A stretch of DNA of 64,000 nucleotides from Macrostomum lignano. Its lineage: Eukaryota. Both the position numbers and the translations under genes were made by a program. The notes beneath the pieces are model-generated. The model was not told the origin of the DNA. It worked only from the letters and a program-made list of their open reading frames with translations, and did not search any database. Location: the NCBI GenBank assembly GCA_002269645.1, contig NIVC01000867.1:62001-126000 (forward strand), read 5' to 3'. Of the stretch, positions 21,101 through 34,384 are shown piece after piece (the stretch's first letter is position 1; every line of letters begins with the position of its first letter).

Positions 21101-24100
21101 CATATTTCCCTTGTTGTATGGGCACCGCTTCATGGAGAGGCAGGTGAGTATATTATTATAGCTATAGCTGGTTTCGTTACAAAATGTGTCAGGAGTCATA
21201 GACATTAGTGTCAGGTGTAGATTAACAATGTGTCAGGAGTCATAGACATTAGTGTCAGGTGTAGATTAACAATGTGTCAGGAGTCATAGACATTAGTGTC
21301 AGGTGTAGATTAACAATGTGTCAGGAGTCATAGACATTAGTGTCAGGTGTAGATTAACAATGTGTCAGGAGTCATAGACATTAGTGTCAGGTGTAGATTA
21401 ACAATGTGTCAGGAGTCATAGACATTAGTGTCAGGTGTAGATTAACAATGTGTCAGGGGTCATAGACATTAGTGTCAGGTGTAGATTAACAATGTGTCAG
21501 GAGTCATAGACATTAGTGTCAGGTGTAGATTAACAATGTGTCAGGGGTCATAGACATTAGTGTCAGGTGTAGATTAACAATGTGTCAGGAGTCATAGACA
21601 TTAGTGTCAGGTGTAGATTAACAATGTGTCAGGAGTCATAGACATTAGTGTCAGGTGTAGATTAACAATGTGTCAGGGGTCATAGACATTAGTGTCAGGT
21701 GTAGATTAACAATGTGTCAGGAGTCATAGACATTAGTGTCAGGTGTAGATTAACAATGTGTCAGGAGTCATAGACATTAGTGTCAGGTGTAGATTAACAA
21801 TGTGTCAGGAGTCATTGACTGTAGTGTCGTGTAGTTAATCTGCTATTTAATTATCTTAATCTTACAGGGTGACGAATCAAAAACTCCAAATAATTCGGGC
21901 TCGGCTACTTTGTCTTCCTCCTCCAGCGCTTCCGCCGCTGCGTCGACCAACACTGAAAGCTTGGCGGATTTTCCCAGCTCGGCCACCAGTTGCGCCATAT
22001 TTCAGGTTGGGATACGCTATATTTATTGCTCTATTAGTGAATTTGAAGTTTGGAATATGTAGAAATTTTCTTTGTGAAGATTCGAACCTGTAAAAATTCG
22101 AATTTCTGAAGATTCGAGCTTTTAAAGATTCGAATTTGTGAAGATTCGAATTTGTCAAGATTCGAGTTTGTAAAGATTCAAACCTGTGAAATGTCGAATC
22201 TGTGAGGACTCAAACCTGTGAAATGTCGAATCTGTGAGGACTCAAACCTGTGAAATGTCGAATCTGTGAAGATTCAAACCTGTGAAAAAAGTCGAGTTTG
22301 TGAAGATTCGAACCTGTGAAAAAGTCGAGTTTGTGAAGATTCACACTTGTGAAAAAAGTCGAGTTTGTGAAGATTCGAACCTGTGAAAAAGTCGAGTTTG
22401 TGAAGATTCACACTTGTGAAAAAAGTCGAGTTTGTGAAGATTCGAACCTGTGAAAAAGTCGAGTTTGTGAAGATTCAAACCTGTGAAAAAAGTCGAGTTT
22501 GTGAAGATTCACACTTGTGAAGATTCGAACTTGTAAAGATTCAAACATATGAATATTCAAATTTGTGGAGATTCTAACCTGTGAAGATTTGAGCTTGTGA
22601 ATATTCGAACCTGGGAATATTCTAAACTGTGAAGATTCAAATCTGTAAAGATTCGAACTTATAAAGAAACACTTGATTTTTAGACAATATTATCAAATTT
22701 TGATGGTATCGAGATTTAAGCTTGGATCCCCATCTGACAGACGTGAATTCCCAACTCCGCCCTCAGGAATACCTGATTCGGCCGCCAATCGGCTTCAATT
22801 ACCAATCTACCAGCGTCGATCGCAACATAGCCACCGCAGTTGCCATAGCAACCGCAAACAGTTCGGCAAAATGCTTGGCATTCACCGAAGCGGCAATGCG
22901 AGAGAAGATATTCGAGGATAACGAAATTCACATCACTAGGCAGGAGTTTAACGAGAAATTGTTAGAGTTCAAGGCGGATTACGGAGTCAGGGATGACAGT
23001 AACGCTACCACCAGATGCTATCCTTGGCTGCAGTTCATCGGCACAGCTTCTTCTAATCCGTCCAAGTATAGGAATGTTTCGGCCATTTTGCTGCACGTCA
23101 GGTAGGGTTAAAATAGTTTGATTGTTTATTGAAGTGTTAACGGGTAGATAAACAGATAGAGCCAGATTAGTAGATAAATTGCTAGGTGGGCAGATTAGTA
23201 GATATACAGGTAGGTAGGCAGATTGGTAGATAAACAGGTAGGTAGACAGATTGGTAGATAAACAGGCAGGTAGGCAGATTGGTAGATAAACAGGTAGGTA
23301 GGCAGATTGGTAGATAAACAGGTAGGTAGGCAGATTGGTAGATAAACAGTTAGGTAGGCAGATTGGTAGATAAACAGGTAGGTAGGCAGATTGGTAGATA
23401 AACAGGTAGGTAGGCAGATTGGTAGATAAACAGGTAGGTAGGCAGATTGGTAGATAAGCAGGTAGGTAGGCAGATTGGTAGATAAACAGGCAGGTAGGCA
23501 GATTGGTAGATAAACAGGTAGGTAGGCAGATTGGTAGATAAACAGGTAGGTAGGCAGATTGGTAGATAAGCAGGTAGGTATCAAATTGGTGAATAGACAG
23601 GTAGGTAGGCGGATTGGTAGATAAATGGGTTTGCTAACTGGCGCACAGGATGTATAGTACAGGTCGTGACTTCCTCGTCTGCCATGCACACGATGCATCG
23701 GATATCTATGCTCATATTTCAGCGAGACCACCAAGATTCTATTAGACTGCGGCGAGGGCACCCTTCTGCAACTGATGAACTTTTACGGCGAAGCCGACTG
23801 CCAGAGGGTGCTGAAATCTATCAAAGCTATCTGTGTGTCTCATATGCATTTGGATCATCAGAGTGTAAGAATTATTATTTGTGTGGCTTTTTAATATAGC
23901 ATACCTCTTGGTCTCCGTCTTTTCGACTCCGGTCTACCTACGAATATCTGCCCTTTCAATCTGCCCCCCCCCTCCGCGTCAAAGTCGTCACGAAATTTCT
24001 TATATCTCCGTTAAAAAATTGGCTCCTCAAATCCGCTCTCCCCCATAATCCGCCCCTCTAATCCGCCCTCCATGATCCACCCTCCCTCCATAATCCGCCC

Positions 24101-27100
24101 CTCAAATCCGCCCTCCATGATCTACCCTCCCCCCATAATCCGCCCCTCAAATCCACCCTCCATGATCTACCCTCCCCCCATAATCCGCCCCTCAAATCCA
24201 CCCTCCATGATCTACCCTCCCCCCATAATCCGCCCCTCAAATCCGCCCTCCATGATCTACCCTCCCCCCATAATCCGCCCCTCAAATCCGCCCTCCATGA
24301 TCTACCCTCCCCCCATAATCCGCCCCTCAAATCCGCCCTCCATGATCTACCCTCCCCCCATAATCCGCCCCTCAAATCCGCCCTCCATGATCTACCCTCC
24401 CCCATAATCCGCCCCTCAAATCCGCTCTCCATAATCGGCCCCTCTAATCCGCCCTCCCTCATAATCCACCCTCAATTATCCGCCCTTCCTCTAAAATCCG
24501 CTCCTCAACTCCGGCCTCTCCCATCATCCGCTCTCCCCCATTATAATCGGCCCCTCTAATCCGCCCTCCCTTATAATCCGCTCCTCAAATCTCATACCTG
24601 CAAAAATGGCATTTACCTGATATGTACCTCTCTCATCCTCTCCACAGGGCATATTCTGCCTATTGAAAGCTCGACATCGAGCTTTTGCCGAATCTGGCCA
24701 ATCGCCGTCGCCCTGCGCTTTTATTGGTCCGCGCGGATTCAATCGCTGGTTAGAATTCTTTTCGCAGCACAGCGGTGAAGATGGAATGAGCGACGTAGCT
24801 GAGGCGAAGGATCTCCAGTGAGTCCACGTATTAGGCATTGTTTTTTTCGCAAAAAACATCCGATATGTATCGAAATTAAGTTTTTAAGGATTTAAACAAA
24901 CCTTTATTATATTCCCAAATTTGATTTCCAGTCGTTTAAAATCGACTTTGTTTGCCGATATGTATCGAAAATTAATAATCTGCATCTGTTTAAGATATAA
25001 TCTGTTTATTAATGTTTCTTTGCAACGATCTGTATCGGAATTTAACATAATTTCTCTAACTTTCTAGATTATTCTGGCTAGAAACATTTTGGGGCGTCAC
25101 TCTGCACGCAGAAGTCGCTGCGCAGACTCGGGCTCGTTTCGAGAAATTCGTCAAAAACGTGCTGGGATTAAACAAGGTTTGTTGATAAACGATCCAGCTA
25201 CTACTATGAGAATCGTGAGTTAATCCACTCTCTAAGAATCGTGAGTTAATCCACTCCAAGAATCGTGAGTTAATCCACTCCAAGAATCGTGAGTTAATCC
25301 ACTCCAAGAATCGTGAGTTGATCCACTCTCTAAGAATCGTGAGTTAATCCACTCTCTAAGAATCGTGAGTTAATCCACTCTCTAAGAATCGTGAGTTAAT
25401 CCACTCTCTAAGAATCGTGAGTTAATCCACTCTAAGAATCGTGAGTTAATCCACTCTAAGAATAGTGAGTTAATCCACTCTAAGAATCGTGAGTTAATCC
25501 ACTCTAAGAATCGTGAGTTAATCCACTCTAAGAATCGTGAGTTAATCCACTCCAAGAATCGTGAGTTAATCCACTCTCTAAGAATCGTGAGTTAATCCAC
25601 TCTCTAAGAATCGTGAGTTAATCCACTCTAAGAATCGTGAGTTAATCCACTCTAAGAATCGTGAGTTAATCCACTCTAAGAATCGTGAGTTAATCCACTC
25701 TAAGAATCGTGAGTTAATCCACTCCAAGAATCGTGAGTTAATCCACTCCAAGAATCGTGAGTTGATCCACTCTCTAAGAATCGTGAGTTAATCCACTCCA
25801 AGAATCGTGAGTTAATCCACTCTCTAAGAATCGTGAGTTAATCCACTCTCTAAGAATCGTGAGTTAATCCACTCTAAGAATCGTGAGTTAATCCACTCCA
25901 AGAATCGTGGGTTAATCCACTCTAAGAATCGTGAGTTAATCCACTCCAAGAATCGTGAGTTAATCCACACTCTAAGAATCGTGAGTTAATCCACTCCAAG
26001 AATCGTGAGTTAATCCACTCCAAGAATCGTGAATTAATCCACTCCAAGAATCGTGAGTTAATCCACTCTAAGAATCGTGAGTTAATCCACTCCAAGTATC
26101 GTGAGTTAATCCACTCTAAGAATCGTGAGTTAATCCACTCCAAGAATCGTGAGTTAATCCACTCTCTAAGAATCGTGAGTTAATCCACTCTAAGAATCGT
26201 GAGTTAATCCACTCTAAGAATCGTGAGTTAATCCACTCCAAGAATCGTGAGTTGATCCACTCTCTAAGAATCGTGAGTTAATCCACTCTAAGAATCGTGA
26301 GTTAATCCACTCTCTAAGAATCGTGAGTTAATCCACTCCAAGAATCGTGAGTTAATCCACTCTAAGAATCGTGAGTTAATCCACTCCAAGTATCGTGAGT
26401 TAATCCACTCCAAGAATCGTGAGTTAATCCACTCTAAGAATCGTGAGTTAATCCACTCTAAGAATCGTGAGTTAATCCACTCTAAGAATCGTGAGTTAAT
26501 CCACTCCAAGAATCGTGAGTTAATCCTCTCTCTAAGAATCCTGAGTAAACTCTAATCGAAGCGTTGCCCTGCCCCCATATCTCACCGCAGCTGGCGGCAA
26601 TTCGAGTCGAGCATTCCACAAAAGTAGCGGCCGGATTTGCAATTCGCGGCGGTGGCAAGTCCGACCACAAAGACTGGAAAATCGTTTACAGCGGGGACAC
26701 CGTGCCCTGCGCTAATCTGGTTGAGGGCGGCATGGACTGCGACTTGCTTATACACGAGGCTACCTTCCAGGTGAGCAGATGCAGAGAAACAGAATAGCGG
26801 TAGGTTAGAGATATAGAAAATTGGAGAATGATTAGATATGCAGAGATACCATTTGTAGTGAGATTAGATGTGCTGTGAGATTAGATATGCGGTGAGATAA
26901 GAATTGCAAAGACATCAGATTTTCTGTTAGATAAGATTTGCACTAAGATTAGATATGCAGTAAGATTGGGTTGCAGTGAGATTGGACATGCAGTGAGATT
27001 AGATATGCTGTGAGATTAGACATGCAGTGAGATTAGCTATGCAGTGAGATTAGATATGCAGTGAGATTAGATATGCTGTGAGATAAGCTATGCATTAAGA

Positions 27101-27713
27101 TTAGATATGCTGTGAGATTATATTTGTAGTGAGATTAGATTTCATAGAGAAGAGATCTTGGCTATTAGACAAATAGAGATTGAAGATGCAGAGAGACAGA
27201 TATTTTATAATCCCTCTTGCTGAGGCAGATCAAACGAAGATGCTAACCTCCAATCCCCATTCCAATATCCAGGACGGGCTGGAGTCGGAGGCCCGAGCCA
27301 AGAAGCACAGCACAGTTGGTCAGGCCCTGAGCCAGGCGGCCGCGATGCGAGCCGGTCTGACTATTCTGACGCATTTCAGCACTCGGTACACCTGCTCTGT
27401 GCCCGTGCTCAAACTGATCGACGGCAAGGCAACCAGCGGCTGCGGATTCGCCTACGATCACATGTGCGTGTCTCTGGCTAACGGCGATCTAGACCGGCTG
27501 CCGCGTCTAGCCAGAATGTTGCCGTACGTATTTCCTAAGCATTTCGCCGAGCTGGGCCGCCGGTCCTATCGGATTCACGAGCGACTGGGCGGCGGCGACC
27601 AGCTGCTGACTGATGGCGGCGATGGTGGAGAAGCGGCTGGCAGCTCGGGAGCTGCTCGGGCCGTCAATCGGCGTGCTAGCAAGAGGCGGCACTCGCAGCA
27701 GCGGGGAGACTGA
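15152..27713 (+). CDS. ELAC2: Long-form tRNase Z (zinc phosphodiesterase ELAC2), multi-exon; 5'-most exons not located
   Basis: Phase-consistent GT-AG exons: 15152-15219, 15949-16006, 16245-16276, 16361-16419, 18617-18692, 19527-19759, 20981-21143, 21868-22005, 22767-23101, 23723-23864, 24648-24817, 25068-25176, 26591-26770, 27273-27713. Motifs PSKYRN, LLDCGEG, HMHLDH, YSGDT, HEAT, HST, THFSTRY, AYDH. Confidence 0.93.
15505..15798 (-). mobile_element. tRNA-derived SINE, family A, copy 1
   Basis: Minus strand head with A box (GCAGCCTAGTGG) and B box (GGTTCGATTCC), then GTGTCCTTGAGCAAGACACTTAAC; near-identical copy at 47535-47825. Confidence 0.85.
16466..18585. repeat. 28-bp intronic minisatellite (CAGTTGCTGGGCCAGCCTCCCAGATCCT)
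   Basis: About 75 copies filling an ELAC2 intron. Confidence 0.97.
18850..19525. repeat. 22-bp intronic minisatellite (AAACTCGGACACTATATCACCT)
   Basis: Direct inspection; runs up to the splice acceptor. Confidence 0.95.
19840..20822. repeat. 20-bp intronic minisatellite (CTGAGGTGTCTGATGGCGGT)
   Basis: About 49 copies. Confidence 0.97.
21183..21815. repeat. 44-bp intronic minisatellite made of two GTGTCAGG-containing halves
   Basis: About 14 nearly identical copies. Confidence 0.97.
22060..22660. repeat. Degenerate ~18-21-bp intronic minisatellite (GAAGATTCGAACCTGT-like)
   Basis: Direct inspection. Confidence 0.85.
23150..23625. repeat. 28-bp intronic minisatellite (GGTAGGTAGGCAGATTGGTAGATAAACA)
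   Basis: Direct inspection. Confidence 0.95.
24020..24590. repeat. 45-bp C-rich intronic minisatellite
   Basis: CCCTCCATGATCTACCCTCCCCCCATAATCCGCCCCTCAAATCCG units. Confidence 0.93.
25210..26545. repeat. 24/26-bp intronic minisatellite (AAGAATCGTGAGTTAATCCACTCT)
   Basis: About 50 copies. Confidence 0.97.
26830..27140. repeat. 17-bp intronic minisatellite (GTGAGATTAGATATGCA)
   Basis: Direct inspection. Confidence 0.9.
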
Positions 27714-27754
27714 CTGGGTGGGACCGGGAGACGGATAGGCGCTTGAACAGGTCT

Positions 27755-28650
27755 ACCAGATGGACAGGTAGACAGACAGACAGACAGACAGACAGACAAT
27801 TAGATAAACAGGTAGAAAAACTAGTAGAAAAGTAGATGGACAGGTAGACAGACTAGTAGACAAGTAGATAGATAGGTAGACCGAGTAGTATACAAGTAGA
27901 TGGACAGGTAGACAGACTAGTAGACAAGTAGATAGATAGGTAGACAGACTAGTAGACAAGTAGATAGATAGGTAGACCGAGTAGTATACAAGTAGATGGA
28001 CAGGTAGACAGACTAGTAGACAAGTAGATAGATAGGTAGACCGAGTAGTATACAAGTAGATAGATAGGTAGACAGACTAGTAGACAAGTAGATAGATAGG
28101 TAGACAGACTAGTAGACAAGTAAATGGACAGGTAGACAGACTAGTAGACAAGTAGATGGACAGGTAGACAGACTAGTAGACAAGTAGATAGATAGGTAGA
28201 CAGACTAGTAGACAAGTAGATAGATAGGTAGACAGACTAGTAGACAAGTAAATGGACAGGTAGACAGACTAGTAGACAAGTAGATGGACAGGTAGACAGA
28301 CTAGTAGACAAGTAGATAGATAGGTAGACAGACTAGTAGACAAGTAGATAGATAGGTAGACAGACTAGTAGACAAGTAAATGGACAGGTAGACAGACTAG
28401 TAGACAAGTAGATGGACAGGTAGACAGACTAGTAGACAAGTAGATAGATAGGTAGACAGACTAGTAGACAAGTAGATAGATAGGTAGACAGACTAGTAGA
28501 CAAGTAAATGGACAGGCAGACAAACTAGTAGACAAGTAGATGGACAGGTAGACAGACTAGTAGACAAGTAGATGGACAGGTAGACCGAGTAGTAGACAAG
28601 TAGATGGACAGGTAGACCGAGTAGTAGACAAGTAGATGGACAGGTAGAGA
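27755..28650. repeat. 32-bp TAGA/CAGA-derived minisatellite downstream of the ELAC2 stop
   Basis: Direct inspection. Confidence 0.93.
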
Positions 28651-29273
28651 TAGAAAATAAGACAGACAGAAAATAAAACAGACAGACTCCGTAAACTCCG
28701 CACACTATTAACCTGATTGCTGAAAACCTGTTCTAATGTTTTTATTGTGACACTGCTGTCTACACAACTTTTATTTAACCTTATACATCATCATGTGTTA
28801 TCTAAAATTGTTTCCTCCAACAGATTGTTAAATGCGCACGAGTCAGCAGCATAATGGTGTCTGTTGTTAAGAGTCTATTTTCTAATCAATCAGACCATCA
28901 TCTATTTGCCTTTTCATCTGTTTGGCAAAACTGATTGCTTGCAAAATAATAAATGTCAACCGACTTGAAACACATTGCCTTTCTAAGGAAATTTGTTACT
29001 TGCATTTTGAAACTTTTAGAAATTGAAAGTATTAAAAAAGTCAATAATTAAGATTGGCTAATTGATTGTTTTGTTTAATTTAAGAAGATGCAAATCAATG
29101 ACGCAATCAAACAATTAAAAAAATTGTATAGCATAATTACTATTGGTAATGAAAAAAATTTATGATTCATTATTATTAAAATGATTGAATGAAACAGTCG
29201 TAAAAAGGTATCAAAGATATTTTATAAATTGCTTTTTATGTGTCTAGAGGGATATTTTCGTGTGGCTAGAGGG

Positions 29274-29843
29274 CAGTGGTGTGATTCAGGCGCGAATTCG
29301 CGCCAGGCGCGAAAATGGCGCGAATGCGCGAATCCTGGGGGTCTGGCGCGAAATTTTGTGGAACCATGGGCGCGAAAATTGCATTCCTATTCTGATTTTT
29401 ATACTTATTCTATTGTCAGACAGTATGAAATACAAGAATGTCATAGCTTAGGAGATTAATCTCGAGAATTTCGAGATTCGTGGAGAATTTCGTGGTCGCA
29501 AAGAAGCAAAGTGACACTGAAGATGTGGCTGCTACGTCTGCAAGGGCGGCAGAGATCAGATGTGTTGTCAGGATTGCACTAAGAATCGCAGCTTCGAGTC
29601 AGAAGAGGACCTTGCCGAGGATCTGATGGCCATTTGCCCAGATTCAAAGATTCCACCCAACATCGCCAACAAGAAGTTCAGGCGGGACACGGCTGGGACT
29701 TGAGAGACATGCTAATTGGTAGCCAGACGCATCTTCAAAAGTGTCATCAATTGACTTATTTGGCTGTCAGTAGAATATTATTGGCATGGCGCGAAAATTT
29801 TCAGTCGGCGCGAAATTTGGCAAACTTTCCAATCACACCACTG
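29274..29843. mobile_element. hAT-type MITE (570 bp)
   Basis: Perfect 13-bp TIRs CAGTGGTGTGATT; perfect 8-bp TSD CTAGAGGG (29266-29273, 29844-29851); subterminal GGCGCGAAA motifs. Confidence 0.9.
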
Positions 29844-29989
29844 CTAGAGGGGTTTTATAGTGTGTCTAGCTGGGTATTGTAGTGTCTAGAAGGGTATTGT
29901 AGTGTCCAGAAGGGTACTGTAGTGTATCTAGAGGGTCGTTCCAGTTTCTATCCTATATAGTACGCACTATACACCAGGATACCCCTCCA

Positions 29990-30988
29990 TATCCCTCTAG
30001 ACACAATACCCCTCTAGACACACGACAATACCCCTCTAGACACACGACAATATCCCTCTAGACACACGACAATACCCCTCTAGACACACGACAATATCCC
30101 TCTAGACACACGACAATATCCCTCTAGACACACGACAATATCCCTCTAGACACACGACAATACCCCTCTAGACACACGACAATACCCCTCTAGACACACG
30201 ACAATACCCCTCTAGACACACGACAATACCCCTCTAGACACACGACAATACCCCTCTAGACACATGACAATATCCCTCTAGACACACGACAATACCCCTC
30301 TAGAAACACGACAATATCCCTCTAGACACACGACAATACCCCTCTAGACACACGACAATACCCCTCTAGACACACGACAATACCCCTCTAGACACACGAC
30401 AATACCCCTCTAGACACACGACAATACCCCTCTAGACACACGACAATACCCCTCTAGACACACGACAATATCCCTCTAGACACACGACAATACCCCTCTA
30501 GACACACGACAATACCCCTCTAGACACACGACAATATCCCTCTAGACACACGACAATACCCCTCTAGACACACGACAATATCCCTCTAGACACACGACAA
30601 TACCCCTCTAGACACACGACAATATCCCTCTAGACACACGACAATACCCCTCTAGACACACGACAATACCCCTCTAGACACACGACAATACCCCTCTAGA
30701 CACACGACAATACCCCTCTAGACACATGACAATATCCCTCTAGACACACGACAATACCCCTCTAGAAACACTACAATACCCCTCTAGACACACGACAATA
30801 CCCCTCTAGACACACGACAATACCCCTCTAGACACACGACAATACCCCTCTAGACACACGACAATACCCCTCTAGACACACGACAATACCCCTCTAGAAA
30901 CACGACAATATCCCTCTAGACACACGACAATACCCCTCTAGACACACGACAATACCCCTCTAGACACACGACAATACCCTCTAGACAC
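29990..30988. repeat. 22-bp minisatellite (CACGACAATACCCCTCTAGACA), with inverted degenerate copies at 29238-29273 and 29844-29936
   Basis: Direct inspection. Confidence 0.95.
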
Positions 30989-30999
30989 CAGTTCAGTCG

Positions 31000-33900
31000 T
31001 CAAAGTTTAGGCGACCCCGCAGAGGCCGCATCGAAGTATGCAAACGCCAGGTACTGCGCCCTGTCCAGTACCAGCGTCTGCGCATTAAAAGCGGCCCCGC
31101 CGCCGTCCCGCCGGCACAGCAAGTTGACAACAATGTCGGCCACCTCCGACTTGGTGACCACATAGCGTCGATCCAGCGTAGCGCCGCCCAGCTTGTCAAA
31201 GCCGAGCGTGTCGGCAACCGGTCCGGGAGCCACCGCCACCACCCGCACGGGCCGGTCCCGACAGGACCACTCCACTCCCAGGTGTCGGGTGAGGGCGTCG
31301 ATTGCAGCTTTAGCGGCGCCAGCGTGCGCCTGACCCGGTACGGCGGCGAGGTGCAGCGTCGCCGTGATGTTCACGATGACGCCGCCGTGGTCCCGCATCC
31401 AGGCGTCGAAGGCGGCTCTGATGGAGTTGAAGGTGCCGATCAGGTCGATCTCGATCACAGTTCGGAACCCGTTGGGTGTCAGGTTGGCGGCGGGGCACAT
31501 AAAGTTTCCGGCGGCGCCTGCGGATGCGTGAAAGGCGAAGGCAAATGAGAGTAAAGTGCTTAGCGCCTGTTTAGCTTTTGACACCCAAATCTGACACGAT
31601 ATTTAGCGTCATATTTTTCTGACACCTGTTTTTATCATGAGCTCCTGGGTGTCAGTTGGGACCATCCGAGACTTTATTTGACGCCACCTGACAACATGTT
31701 AGACGCCACCTGACACCCTATCTTAGACGCCATCTGACACCCTATCTTAGACGCCATCTGACACCCTATGTTAGACGCCATCTGACACCCTATCTTAGAC
31801 GCCATCTGACATCCTATGTTAGACGCCATCTGACACCCTATCTTAGACGCCATCTGACACCCTATGTTAGACGCCATCTGACACCCTATCTTAGACGCCA
31901 TCTAACATCCTATGTTAGACGCCATCTGACACCCTATCTTAGACGCCATCTGACACCCTATCTTATACGCCACCTGACACCCTATCTTAGACGCCACCTG
32001 ACACCCTATCTTAGACGCCACCTGACATCCTATGTTAGACGCCATCTGACACCCTAATCTTAGACGCCATCTGACACCCTATCTTTAATCGCCATCTGAC
32101 ACCCTATGTTAGACGCCACCTGACATCCTATGTTAGGCGCCATCTGACACCCTATCTTCGGCGCCATCTGACACCCTATCTTCGACGCCATCTGACACCC
32201 TATCTTCGGCGCCATCTGACACCCTATCTTCGGCGCCATCTGACACCCTATCTTAGCCGCTACCTGACACCTGGCTTAGGCGCCACCATACATAATACAT
32301 GCATTTCGGTTACCTCCAGGACCTCTATTTTAGAGTCACCTGATATCGTACTAAGCGCATGCCCAGTTTGCGTCGTACATGTAGATATGGTACTTTTCGA
32401 TAACCATGTTTATAGCACAGGTACGCCTCCCAAGCACAGGCACTACAGCCAGCACAACTCACTATTCACCAGGTAGTCCAATCGTTTAAATTTATCCAGG
32501 CACAACTGCACGGCTGAGGAAATTTCAGGAAACTACAAAACAATGCGCGAGCTAATGTGAGAAGATACATGCACATTCATGTACAGTACATAGCTTATGC
32601 AGGTTAATATGTACCTTTCGAACATCTACGCTAGCAGTGCCAAACCGCGATTCCTCAAATCCCAGCGATTTTAAGCGCTCCGCGGCTGCTCGAAGGTTTT
32701 CGGGTTTTCGACTGACAATGAAAACTTTTGAGCCGGATCTGAAGGTTGAAATCGGGGCGGATACCCGGTGGGTGTCAGGGATGGAGAGGGGCGGATACCC
32801 GGTGGGTGTCAGGGATGGAGAGGGGCGGATACCCGGTGGGTGTCAGGGATGGAGAGGGGCGGATACCCGGTGGGTGTCAGGGATGGAGAGGGGCGGATAC
32901 CCGGTGGGTGTCAGGGATGGAGAGGGGCGGATTCCCGGTGGGTGTCAGGGATGGAGAGGGGCGGATTCCCGGTGGGTGTCAGGGATGGAGAGGGGCGGAT
33001 ACCCGGTGGGTGTCAGGGATGGAGAGGGGCGGATTCCCGGTGGGTGTCAGGGATGGAGAGGGGCGGATTCCCGGTGGGTGTCAGGGATGGAGAGGGGCGG
33101 ATACCCGGTGGGTGTCAGGGATGGAGAGGGGCGGATTCCCGGTGGGTGTCAGGGATGGAGAGGGGCGGATTCCCGGTGGGTGTCAGGGATGGAGAGGGGC
33201 GGATTCCCGGTGGGTGTCAGGGATGGAGAGGGGCGGATACCCGGTGGGTGTCAGGGATGGAGAGGGGCGGATACCCGGTGGGTGTCAGGGATGGAGAGGG
33301 GCGGATTCCCGGTGGGTGTCAGGGATGGAGAGGGGCGGATACCCGGTGGGTGTCAGGGATGGAGAGGGGCGGATTCCCGGTGGGTGTCAGGGATGGAGAG
33401 GGGCGGATACCCGGTGGGTGTCAGGGATGAAGAGGGGCGGATTCCCGGTGGGTGATAGGGATGGAGAGGGGCGGATTCCTGGTGGGTGATAGGGATGGAG
33501 GGGCGGATACCCGGTGGGTGTCAGGGATGGAGAGGGGCGGATTCCCGGTGGGTGTCAGGGATGGAGAGGGGCGGATACCCGGTGGGTGTCAGGGATGGAG
33601 AGGGGCGGATTCCCGGTGGGTGTCAGGGATGGAGAGGGGCGGATTCCCGTGGGTGTCAGGGATGGAGAGGGGCGGATACCCGGTGGGTGTCAGGGATGGA
33701 GAGGGGCGGATTCCCGGTGGGTGTCAGGGATGGAGAGGGGCGGATACCCGGTGGGTGTCAGGGATGAAGAGGGGCGGATTCCCGGTGGGTGATAGGGATG
33801 GAGAGGGGCGGATTCCTGGTGGGTGATAGGGATGGAGGGGCGGATACCCGGTGGGTGTCAGGGATGGAGAGGGGCGGATTCCCGGTGGGTGTCAGGGATG

Positions 33901-34319
33901 GAGAGGGGCGGATACCCGGTGGGTGTCAGGGATGGAGAGGGGCGGATTCCCGGTGGGTGTCAGGGATGGAGAGGGGCGGATACCCGGTGGGTGTCAGGGA
34001 TGAAGAGGGGCGGATTCCCGGTGGGTGATAGGGATGGAGAGGGGCGGATTCCTGGTGGGTGATAGGGATGGAGAAGGGCGGATTCCCGGTGGGTGTCAGG
34101 GATGGAGAGGGGCGGATACCTAGTGGGTGTCAGGGATGGAGAGATCCGGATACCCGGTTGGTGTCAGAATGGATAGAGAGCGAATACCTGATCAATTATC
34201 AACATCCATCATCTAATAAAGCAATTTCATTCGACTAACCTTAGAAAATTTTCGGCAATTCGCAGGCCAATGCCTGTGCTACCGCCAGTAATGAACGCTA
34301 CAGAGTCTGCGGAAGCCAT
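31000..34319 (-). CDS. DECR2: Peroxisomal 2,4-dienoyl-CoA reductase-like SDR, 263 aa
   Basis: Exons 34319-34240, 32738-32615, 32532-32463, 31517-31000, phase-consistent; VAFITGGSTGIG, VNSAAGNF, QAHAGAAKAAIDALTRHLGVEW; C-terminal PKL is PTS1-like. Confidence 0.9.
31680..32280. repeat. 24-bp intronic minisatellite (TGACACCCTATCTTAGACGCCATC)
   Basis: Direct inspection. Confidence 0.95.
32757..34165. repeat. 34-bp G-rich intronic minisatellite (GGATACCCGGTGGGTGTCAGGGATGGAGAGGGGC)
   Basis: About 41 copies; same family at 35985-36490. Confidence 0.97.
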
Positions 34320-34384
34320 CGTGTTATCGTTGCTGGCACAGCAACCAAGGCTGAAATTGACAACAGAAGTATTCAGATGGGGAA

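Noticed and set aside
21183-21815. Regular 44-bp repeats resembling a CRISPR array
   Set aside because: No unique spacers, no cas genes, eukaryotic intron context
23835-23864. ELAC2 motif II reading HMHLDHQ instead of HLHADHH
   Set aside because: All HxHxDH metal ligands are intact; the changed position is variable, so there is no evidence of inactivation
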